DNA from: an uncultured Planctomycetales bacterium
GTDB lineage: Bacteria; Omnitrophota; Gorgyraeia; Gygaellales; Profunditerraquicolaceae
DNA length: 34,430 nucleotides
NCBI GenBank assembly: GCA_964487475.1
Contig: CAZAPM010000002.1
Coordinates: 124,001 to 158,430 of the forward strand
Direction: 5' to 3'
Positions 9,532 to 18,058 of this stretch are shown here, piece after piece (the first letter of the stretch is position 1; each line of letters opens with the position of its first letter). Made by a program: the position numbers and the translations under genes. The notes beneath the pieces are model-generated. The model saw only the letters and a list, made by a program, of their open reading frames with translations, was not told the origin of the DNA and did no database searches.

Positions 9532-9546
9532 GATAGAGGAGCGGAA

Positions 9547-10512
9547 ATGGAAAGAATCAAATTCACGAAAAGACCGCGGCTTAAAAAGCCGTTCATGATC
9601 TGCGCCTGGCCGGGGATGGGGGATGTGGCGTTCAAGGCGGCGCTGCACCTTATCGACACCCTCAAGGCCGAAGAGTTCGCGAGCATCCGTCCCGAGGAGT
9701 TCTTTTACCTGACGGGAAGCGTGGTGCAGGAGGGGGTCATCAGCCTGCCGGAGCTGCCCTATAACACGTTCTATTACTGGAAGGACAAGGGCGGCGCGCA
9801 TGACCTGATCATCTTTGTGAGCAACGCCCAGCCCGATCTGATCCGCGCCGAGGAGTACAGCCGGCTGCTCAATCTGGTGGCCAGGAAATACCATGTGGAA
9901 CGGATGATCGGGTTCGCGGCCATGCCGCAGCCCATCGACCATACCCAGATGCCCGGGGTGTGGTTCACCGCGACCTCGCAGTCCCTCAAGGAGGAGTTAC
10001 GCGGGTTCAACCTGAACGTGCTCAACGAGGGGCAGGTCAGCGGGATGAACGGGCTGTTCCTGGCGGTCGCCAAATCCGAAGGCATCGAAGGGTTCTGCCT
10101 GCTGGGGGAGATCCCGTTGTACACCATTCAGATCGAGAACCCCAAAGCCTCCTACGCCGTGCTGGAAGCGTTCTGCCGCATCACCGGATTGACCGTCGAG
10201 CTCGCACCGCTCCTGGAGCACGCGCAGTCGATGGAGGGCGAGATCAACAAGCTTCTGGAGTACCTCAAGGTCAGCCCTCCCGCGGGCCCCATAGGCGATG
10301 ACGAGATCGAGCGGATCAAGAAGACTTTGGGCCAGCTGACCAAGCTGCCGGTATCGGTCAAGGAGAGGATCGATAAGCTCTTCGACGACGCCCGGCACGA
10401 CCTCTCCAAGGCCAATGAGCTTAAGCGCGAGCTGGACAAGTGGAACGTATATAAGGAATACGAGGACCAGTTTTTGGACCTCTTCAAGAAGCATAAGGAC
10501 GGGAACAACTAG
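9547..10512 (+). CDS. PAC2 (proteasome assembly chaperone) family protein
   Basis: PFMICAWPGMGDVA, SNAQP, GQVSGMNGLFL, GFCLLGEIP, NPKAS; helical C-terminal extension. Confidence 0.8.
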   Translation: MERIKFTKRPRLKKPFMICAWPGMGDVAFKAALHLIDTLKAEEFASIRPEEFFYLTGSVVQEGVISLPELPYNTFYYWKDKGGAHDLIIFVSNAQPDLIRAEEYSRLLNLVARKYHVERMIGFAAMPQPIDHTQMPGVWFTATSQSLKEELRGFNLNVLNEGQVSGMNGLFLAVAKSEGIEGFCLLGEIPLYTIQIENPKASYAVLEAFCRITGLTVELAPLLEHAQSMEGEINKLLEYLKVSPPAGPIGDDEIERIKKTLGQLTKLPVSVKERIDKLFDDARHDLSKANELKRELDKWNVYKEYEDQFLDLFKKHKDGNN

Positions 10513-10515
10513 GTC

Positions 10516-11127
10516 ATGATACGCGCCGTGGTCTTCGATCTGGGCAGGGTGCTGGTGGATTTCGATCATCTGATCGCCGCGAGGCGGATCGCGCAATATT
10601 CCCATCGGTCTCCCGAAGAGATCTGCGGGCTTTTTTTCGCGTCCCCGGTCACCGCGAAATTCGAGGCCGGGCTGGTCACTCCCGAAGAGTTCTTTGCCGA
10701 GGTCAAACGCATGCTGGGGATCTCCATCCCCTTCGAGGAGTTCGTCCCCATCTGGAACGAGATATTTTTCATCTCCGAACGCAACCGGCAGGTGCAGTCC
10801 CTGGCTGCCGCGCTCTCGCGCAAATACCGGACGCTGATGCTCTCCAACGTCAATGTGCTGCACTGGGAGTATATCCGGGAACACTATCCGGTATTCGCGC
10901 CCTTCCATAAGCTGATCCTCTCCTACGAGGTCAACGCCGTCAAGCCCGACCCCGAGATCTACCGTATCGCGGTGAAGGAGGCGGGGTGCGCTCCGGAGGA
11001 GATCTTCTATACCGACGACCGCCCGGACTTAATCGCCCAGGCGTCTTCTCTCGGAGTGCGCTCTTTCGTGTTCACGGAGTATCCCTTGCTGGAGCGCGAT
11101 CTGCGCGCTGCCGGCGTGTCCTGGTAA
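10516..11127 (+). CDS. HAD-superfamily phosphatase (YihX-like)
   Basis: Motif I FDLGRVLVD, LSN, KPDPEIY, DD motif IV. Confidence 0.9.
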   Translation: MIRAVVFDLGRVLVDFDHLIAARRIAQYSHRSPEEICGLFFASPVTAKFEAGLVTPEEFFAEVKRMLGISIPFEEFVPIWNEIFFISERNRQVQSLAAALSRKYRTLMLSNVNVLHWEYIREHYPVFAPFHKLILSYEVNAVKPDPEIYRIAVKEAGCAPEEIFYTDDRPDLIAQASSLGVRSFVFTEYPLLERDLRAAGVSW

Positions 11128-11131
11128 GGAG

Positions 11132-12292
11132 ATGGGTCCCGCAGTGCGCATCCCCGTATTGCATGTGATCACCAAGCTGGAGCTCGGAGGCGCGCAGCTG
11201 CACGCGCTGGAAGTGCTGCGCCAAATGGACCGGCAGCGGTACGCGCCGCTCCTGTACACCTCCTCGCGCGGGCTCTTGCTATCCGAGGCACTGCGCATCC
11301 CGGGGGTGACCGTGATCGCTTCTCCGTATCTGGACCGTCCGCTGCACCCTCTCAAGGATATCCTGGCCTGCATCGACCTGGTGCGTTGCATCCGGCGCCA
11401 CGGGGTAAGGATCGTGCACACCCATAGTTCGAAAGCCGGGGTGCTGGGCCGTCTTGCCGCCCGTATCGCCGGGGTTACGCGCGTGGTGCATACCGTGCAC
11501 GGATGGAGTTTCAACGATTATCAGCCGGCACCGGTGCGCGGCAGCGTGATTTGGCTCGAACGCCTGCTCGCGCGCGTTACCGCGCGGCTGGTGACGGTGT
11601 GCGAGTACGACCGGCAGAAGGGCCTGGCGTTAGGTATTGGCACGCCTGCGCAGTATGCGCTGGTGCGCTACGGGATATTTCCGCCGGAAAGGACGATCAG
11701 CCGGGATGAGGCGAAACAGTCGTTGGGGATCCCTCCCGGGGAACCGGTGGTGGGGATGGTCTCCTGCCTTAAACCGCAAAAGGCTCCCTGGATATTCCTG
11801 GCTGCGGCGCGCGAGGTGCTGAAGACGTATCCTGCGGTGACTTTCGTAGTGGCGGGAGACGGCACGCTGCGCTCCCGCCTGGAGCAGGAAAGCGCGCAGG
11901 GGGCGCTTGCCGGACGGGTGAAATGGCTGGGATGGCGCCGGGATATCGGCCGGGTGCGCGCGGCATTCGACATCTTCGTGCTTTCTTCGCGGTGGGAGGG
12001 TTTGCCGATCGCGCTTTTGGAGTCGATGGCAGAGGGGGTCCCGGCGGTGGTGACCGATACCGGAGGAGTGCGGGAAGTGATCGCGTCCCCGGAGGCAGGG
12101 TATGTCGTGGCCAGGGACGATGTAGCGGCGCTGGCTGCAGGCATATGCCGGCTGCTCGCAGATTTCCGGCTGCGGCAGGGAATGGGGGAAAAGGCTGCGG
12201 CGGCGGTCAACCGGGAGTATTCATTCGAAGCGATGATGGATTCGCTGCACGGGGTTTACGAGGCGTGCGGCAGGGAGCGTATGGATGCGTAG
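11132..12292 (+). CDS. Glycosyltransferase family 4
   Basis: LELGGAQ, VHTHSSKAG, HTVHG, SRWEGLPIALLESMAEG (EX7E). Confidence 0.92.
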   Translation: MGPAVRIPVLHVITKLELGGAQLHALEVLRQMDRQRYAPLLYTSSRGLLLSEALRIPGVTVIASPYLDRPLHPLKDILACIDLVRCIRRHGVRIVHTHSSKAGVLGRLAARIAGVTRVVHTVHGWSFNDYQPAPVRGSVIWLERLLARVTARLVTVCEYDRQKGLALGIGTPAQYALVRYGIFPPERTISRDEAKQSLGIPPGEPVVGMVSCLKPQKAPWIFLAAAREVLKTYPAVTFVVAGDGTLRSRLEQESAQGALAGRVKWLGWRRDIGRVRAAFDIFVLSSRWEGLPIALLESMAEGVPAVVTDTGGVREVIASPEAGYVVARDDVAALAAGICRLLADFRLRQGMGEKAAAAVNREYSFEAMMDSLHGVYEACGRERMDA

Positions 12293-13253
12293 GGTGTTTC
12301 TGGCGATGCTGGTATCCGGGGTGGCGGCGCGGCTGGTGCTGCGCGTGTTGTATCTGCGCCAGCGGAGCGCTTCCTCCGGAAAAGTGCCTCAGATCGCCGG
12401 GCTGTCTGCGGCAGCCGGATTTTTCGCCGGTGCCGCGGTTTTCTTCGGCGCGGATGTGGCCGCCCCTCCGTTGCGCGGGATCCTCGCCGGATCCCTCATC
12501 ATCGCGGTGGGCAGCGCGATCGATGACCGCCGGGAATTGAGCGTGGCGGGGAAACTGCTCTGGCAGTGCGCCGCGATCGCCGCGGCCGTTGCCGGCGGGG
12601 TTTCTTTGCACATCGGAGCGCTGCCGGTATGGGCGAATCTCTTTGGAACGATCCTTTGGCTCCTGGCATTGACCAACGCGTTCAACCATTTGGACGTAGC
12701 CGACGGAGTGCTCGGCAGCATCACCCTGATCGCGGCGGCCGGGCTTTTACTGGTCGCCTGGACCGGTCAGCAGTACACGGCGGTCGTGCTCGCGTTGCTG
12801 GCGATCGCCGCGGTCGCGGTGTTGCTCAAGGATAATCTCCCCCCGGCAAAAGCGTATTTCGGTAATACCGGCAGCCATTTCCTGGGATTCCTCCTGGCGT
12901 CCGTTGCGGTGGTCATCAGTTACGCTCCTTCGGAAAGGCCGGTCGCGCTGCTCTCCCCGCTGCTAATCCTCGGGTTCCCCCTTTTCGATACGCTCTATCT
13001 GGTGTGGATCCGCGCGGTGCAGGGCAGAGCTCCGCATCGCAAGAGCGATGATCATCTGGTGCTGCGGTTCCTGCGGGGCGGATATCCGATAAGAAGGGCT
13101 TTGGCGTGGATGGCGTCCCTGGCCGCGCTTTTCGTGGCGGCGGGGGTTTTCGTGGCGGTGGTCCCTCCGCCGGCAGCGTATGCGGCAGTGGCGGTTGCGG
13201 TCTGCTCCTCGGTGATCGTGGCCTGGAGGATGAGCCGGGTGCGGATACGATGA
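12285..13253 (+). CDS. WecA/TagO/MraY-family polyprenyl-phosphate sugar-1-phosphate transferase (divergent motifs)
   Basis: Multi-TM protein; IDD, NAFNHLDVADG, NLPPAKAYFGNTGS, FPLFDT. Confidence 0.8.
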   Translation: MRRVFLAMLVSGVAARLVLRVLYLRQRSASSGKVPQIAGLSAAAGFFAGAAVFFGADVAAPPLRGILAGSLIIAVGSAIDDRRELSVAGKLLWQCAAIAAAVAGGVSLHIGALPVWANLFGTILWLLALTNAFNHLDVADGVLGSITLIAAAGLLLVAWTGQQYTAVVLALLAIAAVAVLLKDNLPPAKAYFGNTGSHFLGFLLASVAVVISYAPSERPVALLSPLLILGFPLFDTLYLVWIRAVQGRAPHRKSDDHLVLRFLRGGYPIRRALAWMASLAALFVAAGVFVAVVPPPAAYAAVAVAVCSSVIVAWRMSRVRIR

Positions 13254-14083
13254 ACATCTCCGTTGCCGTGGTGGCCTGGAATGCGGCTTCGCAGCTGCGG
13301 GATTGCCTGGCGTTTCTGGCGGCGTCCCTTCAGCCGGGGATGGAGGTCATCGTGGTGGATAACGGCTCCGCGGATGGAACGCCGGAGGTCGTGCAGGCGT
13401 CGCCGTGCGCGTTGACCGGTATCCGCAATCCCTCCAACATGGGCGCGGCGTATGCCCGCAATCAGGCGATCGCTTCGGCGAAGGGCAGATGGATATGCAC
13501 CCTTGATGCGGACGTGCGGGTGCCGGAGGATTTTTTCCTGAAGGCGGGAGAATTCATCCGGACGTGCTCTCACCATGTCGGGTCTTTCCAGCCGTTGATC
13601 CTGGATGCCGGCGGCAGCAGGATATTTTCCGCGGGTATCCGTTTGGATCATTTGCGCAGATTCCATGACCTGCGGCAGGGCGAATCGTATCGCGTATCTT
13701 CGGAAGAGCCTTCGGAGGTCTTCGGCGCCTGCAGTGCGGCGGCGTTCTACCGCCGGGACGCGCTGGAGGCGATCCGTGAGGCGCACGGATACTTCGACGA
13801 GAGGTTCTTTTTTCTGGTGGAGGACGTGGACTTAGCCTGGAGGTTGCGGGATGCGCAGTATGTCTCGTATTGCGCCGGGAACATCATTTGTTTCCACGCG
13901 GGGGACAGTTCCCGCACGCCGCGCGCCCGCCGGCAGTATTTGTGCTGGCGCAACCGCAGGTTGATGCGCTCCAAGCACCGCGAAGGGCTGCTGCAGGCGG
14001 CATGCATCGCGGGGGTCTATGATCTTCCCCGGGATGCCGTAGTGCGGTGCCTGAACCCTTATGTGCGGCGGGCAGAAGCGTAA
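13250..14083 (+). CDS. Glycosyltransferase family 2
   Basis: Start moved to ATG 13250 (ATGA overlap). VVDNGSADGT, ARNQA, LDAD, FDERFFFLVEDVDL. Confidence 0.9.
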   Translation: MNISVAVVAWNAASQLRDCLAFLAASLQPGMEVIVVDNGSADGTPEVVQASPCALTGIRNPSNMGAAYARNQAIASAKGRWICTLDADVRVPEDFFLKAGEFIRTCSHHVGSFQPLILDAGGSRIFSAGIRLDHLRRFHDLRQGESYRVSSEEPSEVFGACSAAAFYRRDALEAIREAHGYFDERFFFLVEDVDLAWRLRDAQYVSYCAGNIICFHAGDSSRTPRARRQYLCWRNRRLMRSKHREGLLQAACIAGVYDLPRDAVVRCLNPYVRRAEA

Positions 14084-15207
14084 AGCATCCCCGCGATCAG
14101 GCACCAGAGGAAGGATATCTCCGGCAGGAAGAATCCGAAGTCTGTGAGGTTGGTCAGGAAGAATACCGCGTGGCTGCACAAGAGTCCCGCGAGCAGGGGG
14201 AAGGGTTTCTGTTCCTCGCGTGCGGCATAGGCGCGCAGCCCCGCCCATCCGGAAAGCCCCATGGTCCACAGGTACGCTATCGGACCGAATATCCCCATTT
14301 GCGCCCACAGCTGCAAGGGAGCGTTGTGGCTGTAGCGACTGGCGTCGAGATTGAACCCGGTGAAACCGATGCCCGAAAAGGGGTGCGTAAAGATGATCCT
14401 GGCGGTTTCCCGCAGATAATGTAACCGCATGGCCAGGGAGTATCCGGGGGTGAAGTGGTCCGGAGTGCTGCCGTATCGGGAGGCGATCAATACCGCGGCC
14501 AGCGCCGAGGCCACCGAAAAGGCCCATAGCAAGAGAGGCTTGATCTTGCGGTGCCGGTGGTGCCAGAGAAGCGCGGCGGCGCACACGATCAGGATCGCGG
14601 CAAAACTGCCCAGTGAGCGGGTAAGGAGCGTTCCCGCGGCGAGGAGCACGGCGAGCCGTCGGCTCTGCCAGTCGGCCAGCGCCAGGGGAATGCATAACGC
14701 CAGGTATCCTCCCAGGATGTTGGGGGTGATGAATGTGGCAAAGGGCCTTCTTTGCGCGATATATTCGAGTATGAAAGGGTGGGTGATATTCTCCTGTGCG
14801 ACGTATTCCGAGAGCCGGGGGAAACCCCAGAGGAATTGATAGAGGGCGTAGGCGCTTATGAGCGAGGCGCTGAACACGAGGGTCAGTACCGCCAGTTTTC
14901 TGTGCGGGCCGGACATGGCGGCGCCCGCGAGGAAGAGCAGTATCCCGGTAAGGTAACATCCGACGAAGGAGAGGGTGTGCGCCCAGCTTTCGGTCGGAGA
15001 AAGAAACGCCGCGGAGAGTATCGCGCCAAGCCACAGCGCCACGGTCAGCCCCAGGTACCGGTCGCGTACTATCGCCGCGCGCCAGCGGACGACGCAGCAG
15101 AGCGCACTTAAGGCCAGCGCAGCCGCGACCCAGGGGAAGATATCGGGCCAGGCCTTGGAAGAGATGAACGGGCAAAGGAAGATGGCGCTTAACAGTATCC
15201 AGTGCAT
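14059..15207 (-). CDS. O-antigen ligase / Wzy_C family membrane protein
   Basis: About 10-12 TM segments; ATFITPNILGGYL, LLTRSLG, R..Y, HPFSGIG..GF, SHNAPLQLWAQMGIFG. Confidence 0.85.
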   Translation of the reverse strand: MHWILLSAIFLCPFISSKAWPDIFPWVAAALALSALCCVVRWRAAIVRDRYLGLTVALWLGAILSAAFLSPTESWAHTLSFVGCYLTGILLFLAGAAMSGPHRKLAVLTLVFSASLISAYALYQFLWGFPRLSEYVAQENITHPFILEYIAQRRPFATFITPNILGGYLALCIPLALADWQSRRLAVLLAAGTLLTRSLGSFAAILIVCAAALLWHHRHRKIKPLLLWAFSVASALAAVLIASRYGSTPDHFTPGYSLAMRLHYLRETARIIFTHPFSGIGFTGFNLDASRYSHNAPLQLWAQMGIFGPIAYLWTMGLSGWAGLRAYAAREEQKPFPLLAGLLCSHAVFFLTNLTDFGFFLPEISFLWCLIAGMLYASARRT

Positions 15208-15218
15208 TATGGTATAAT
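15189..15218 (+). promoter_or_regulatory. Putative rex promoter (extended -10)
   Basis: TTAACA (15189-15194), 18-bp spacer, TG-G-TATAAT (15210-15218), 8 nt before the rex ATG. Confidence 0.55.
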
Positions 15219-15226
15219 TCTAGCCG

Positions 15227-15886
15227 ATGATCACCGTTAAGTCAAATCCGCGATTGCGTCACCCACCGGAAATATCCATCCTCCGGCTTTCCGTGTACCT
15301 GCGTTTCCTCGAGGATTACTGCCGGGAGCACGGGCCGCGCTCGACCATCCGTTCCGAGGCGCTGGCCTCCGCGCTGGACCTCAAGCCGCATCAGATCCGC
15401 AAGGACTTTTCCTATTTCGGGACCTTCGGCAACCGCGGGGTAGGGTACCGGGCGCAGGAGCTGCGCGATACCATCAGCACGATCCTGGGATTGCACCGGA
15501 GGTGGAACCTCGGGCTTTGCGGGATGGGCAACCTCGGCGCAGCGCTTCTGGCGTACCGGGGTTTCCATCGGATGAATATGCGCATGGTGGCCATATTCGA
15601 TACCGATCCCAGGAAGATCGGCCGGAGTTTCGAAGGGGTGAAGGTGCACTCCCCGGACAAGCTCAAAGCCGTGGCCGGGAAGGTGCACATCGATATCGGC
15701 ATTATCGCCGTGCCCTCCGCCCATGCGCAGGAAATGGCGGATAAGCTGGTTGCGGCCGGTATCCGGGCCATCCTTAATTTCGCACCGGTGAAATTGACAT
15801 TTCCCGCGGGCATTTCAGGGGTTAAGGTGAGAAATGTCGATTTATCCACAGAATTAGTCACTTTAACGCACTTTTTATCGAAATAA
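15227..15886 (+). CDS. rex: Redox-sensing transcriptional repressor Rex
   Basis: RLSVYLR, QIRKDFSYFGTFGNRGVGY, GMGNLGAALL, AILNFAP. Confidence 0.95.
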   Translation: MITVKSNPRLRHPPEISILRLSVYLRFLEDYCREHGPRSTIRSEALASALDLKPHQIRKDFSYFGTFGNRGVGYRAQELRDTISTILGLHRRWNLGLCGMGNLGAALLAYRGFHRMNMRMVAIFDTDPRKIGRSFEGVKVHSPDKLKAVAGKVHIDIGIIAVPSAHAQEMADKLVAAGIRAILNFAPVKLTFPAGISGVKVRNVDLSTELVTLTHFLSK

Positions 15887-15898
15887 CGCACAAAGTCC

Positions 15899-15929
15899 TT
15901 GACAAATCAAGCGTTATGTGATAAATAAT
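15899..15929 (+). promoter_or_regulatory. Putative promoter of the ATP-grasp/aminomutase operon
   Basis: Perfect TTGACA at 15899-15904 followed by an AT-rich -10-like region (tgtgataaataat); the exact -10 is ambiguous. Confidence 0.5.
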
Positions 15930-16013
15930 CATATTCGTAAGGCAAATTTGGCGTTTTATATAAGGTAAACAAGGAGAACCTCAGTAAAGTTGAAAAACCT
16001 AAGGAAACGGAAC

Positions 16014-16045
16014 AGGCTCAAGAACTTCGGAGCCTTTTTTTATTT
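16014..16045 (+). terminator. Intrinsic terminator-like hairpin in the leader, 3 nt before the downstream ATG
   Basis: AGGCTC-aagaacttcg-GAGCCT followed by TTTTTTATTT. Confidence 0.6.
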
Positions 16046-16048
16046 ACT

Positions 16049-17038
16049 ATGAAAACAGTCGGTTTGACCTACGATCTCAAGACGGACTACAAGCTTAAGG
16101 ACGGGGACCCGCCGGATGCCTATGCGGAGTTCGATCACCCTTCCACGATCGATGTTATCGCCAAGGCTATAGAATCCCAGGGGTTCAAGACCAAGCGTAT
16201 CGGCAACGTTTCCGACCTTCTGGAGAAGATCGATACCCTCAAGGTCGACATCGTGTTCAACATCTCGGAGGGGCTTTCCGGACGAAACCGCGAATCGCAG
16301 GTACCGATGCTGCTCGAGCTGAAAGATATCCCCTTTGTCGGCGCTGACCCCCTGACCTTAGGCATGACTTTGGATAAGGTGATCGCCAAGAAGATATTCC
16401 TGGCGGATAAGATACCCACCCCGAAGTTCTTCGAGATCCGCAGCCTGGACTCCTTCACCGATACGGACCACATGCATTTTCCCATGATCGTCAAGCCGCG
16501 TTTCGAGGGCTCCTCCAAGGGGCTGAGCGAGAGTTCCCGCGTGGAGAGCCTCGAACAGCTTAAGAAGCAGGCCGGATACATCATCGAGACCTATAAGCAG
16601 CCGGCGCTCGTCGAAGAGTTCATCTCCGGTCAGGAGTTCACCGTCGCCGTGGTGGGCAACGACCCCGGCGAGGCGCTGCCTCCGGTGCAGATCAGCATCG
16701 ACGGAGACCTCAACCTGCAGGATAAGTTCTACACTTTTTCCCGGATCACTTCCAACCGCCTGGAGTATGTCTGTCCTGCGCCGATCGAAAAGAAGCTCGC
16801 GGCAAAGCTGCAGGACCTGGCGCTGCGCGTGTATACGACCGTGGATTGCCTGGATTTCGGCCGGGTCGATTTCCGGGTGGACGCCAAAGGCAACCCGTAT
16901 GTGCTCGAGATCAATCCTCTGCCCTCGCTTTCGACGGAGGATGTGTTCCCGCTGGTGGCGAAAGCCGTAGGGCTGACCTACGAGGAGATCATCGGCAAGA
17001 TCCTGCGCGCCGCCCTCAAGCGGCACGGCCAGGCGTAA
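16049..17038 (+). CDS. D-Ala-D-Ala-ligase-like ATP-grasp enzyme 1
   Basis: DIVFNISEG..GRNRESQVP, LDK, VKPRFEGSSKG, LVEEFISGQEFTV, RVDFR, LEINPLP; lacks the canonical Ddl GGxSxE N-terminus. Confidence 0.88.
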   Translation: MKTVGLTYDLKTDYKLKDGDPPDAYAEFDHPSTIDVIAKAIESQGFKTKRIGNVSDLLEKIDTLKVDIVFNISEGLSGRNRESQVPMLLELKDIPFVGADPLTLGMTLDKVIAKKIFLADKIPTPKFFEIRSLDSFTDTDHMHFPMIVKPRFEGSSKGLSESSRVESLEQLKKQAGYIIETYKQPALVEEFISGQEFTVAVVGNDPGEALPPVQISIDGDLNLQDKFYTFSRITSNRLEYVCPAPIEKKLAAKLQDLALRVYTTVDCLDFGRVDFRVDAKGNPYVLEINPLPSLSTEDVFPLVAKAVGLTYEEIIGKILRAALKRHGQA

Positions 17039-17047
17039 GAGGCGCTT

Positions 17048-18058
17048 ATGGAAGTAGCGGTGACGTACAACCTAAAAGAGAAGGACGAGACAAAACCTCC
17101 GGATTATTTCTCGGAGTTCGACTCCGAAGAGACGATCAACGCGATCGTCGGCGCCCTGCGCGGCAAAGGCTACAAAGTCTCCCCCGTTAACGTCAACAAC
17201 TCCGACCTCTTCTCCTATTTCCGCAAGAACCGCGTGGACATGGTCTTCAATATCGCGGAAGGAAAGCACGGCAAGTTCCGCGAATCAGAAATACCCGCCA
17301 TACTCGATTATCTCGATATCCCTTACACCGGCTCCAGTACGTTCTCTCTGGCGCTGGCCCTCAATAAGGCCTTCACCAAGAAGATACTTATCGCCGAAGG
17401 GATCCCTACGCCGCGGTATCAGGTGTTCTCCAGCGGGGAGGAGGCACTGGACGAGGGGCTGAAGTTCCCCCTGATCGCCAAGCCCAACTGCGAAGGTTCC
17501 GCCAAGGGGATCACCAAGAACTGCGTGGTCAGGGACGAGGCGGGACTGCGCGCGATCGTGAAGGAGCTCCTCGAGAAATACTGCCAGGAGGTCCTGGTGG
17601 AGGAGTTCATCGAAGGCAAGGAGCTTACCGTCGGGATCCTCGAGAACGGCAAGGCCTCGGTCCTGCCGATCCTGGAGATAGATTTTTCCACCGCCGCCAA
17701 GAGCGGCGAGTTCTTTTACAGCTGGCATATGAAGGAGTACCAGGGGGACCACTCCCGTGGCACGGTGCCTACCTTCCATTGTCCGGCAAGGCTCGACCCG
17801 AAGACCGAAGCGCTGGTGAAGGAAACGGCGTTGCAGACCCACCGCGCGGTCGGCTGTTATGATATATCACGGACGGATATCCGCCTGAATGCCGAGGGGA
17901 TCCCTTATGTGCTGGAGATCAATCCGCTGCCCGGGCTTGATCCCAAGGAGTCGAATTTCCCCCAGATGGCGTATGCCGCCGGAATGAAATACGAGGATAT
18001 TATCGAATCCATTCTTTTGAGCGCCCTACAAAGGAGAAAACTACACATTGGAGAATAA
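17048..18058 (+). CDS. D-Ala-D-Ala-ligase-like ATP-grasp enzyme 2 (paralogue)
   Basis: DMVFNIAEG..FRESEIP, KPNCEGSAKG, LVEEFIEGKELTV, RTDIR, LEINPLPG. Confidence 0.88.
   Translation: MEVAVTYNLKEKDETKPPDYFSEFDSEETINAIVGALRGKGYKVSPVNVNNSDLFSYFRKNRVDMVFNIAEGKHGKFRESEIPAILDYLDIPYTGSSTFSLALALNKAFTKKILIAEGIPTPRYQVFSSGEEALDEGLKFPLIAKPNCEGSAKGITKNCVVRDEAGLRAIVKELLEKYCQEVLVEEFIEGKELTVGILENGKASVLPILEIDFSTAAKSGEFFYSWHMKEYQGDHSRGTVPTFHCPARLDPKTEALVKETALQTHRAVGCYDISRTDIRLNAEGIPYVLEINPLPGLDPKESNFPQMAYAAGMKYEDIIESILLSALQRRKLHIGE

Noticed and set aside
13832..15175. 447-aa minus-strand ORF
   Set aside because: Alternative frame overlapping the O-antigen-ligase-like gene; Arg/Pro-rich composition typical of non-coding frames.
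15842..15850. Perfect DnaA box TTATCCACA near an AT-rich region
   Set aside because: Single box inside the rex coding sequence, with no cluster and no dnaA, so not enough to call oriC.
15915..15935. Imperfect palindrome ATGTGA-taaataa-TCATAT as a Rex operator
   Set aside because: The spacer is 7 bp rather than the 6 bp of TTGTGA-N6-TCACAA and there are several mismatches; it may be an operator but cannot be assigned to Rex.
15937..16010. c-di-GMP-I or lysine riboswitch in the leader
   Set aside because: GGCAAA is present but the GNRA hairpin and GCAAAG elements are not, and the leader is too short for a lysine riboswitch.
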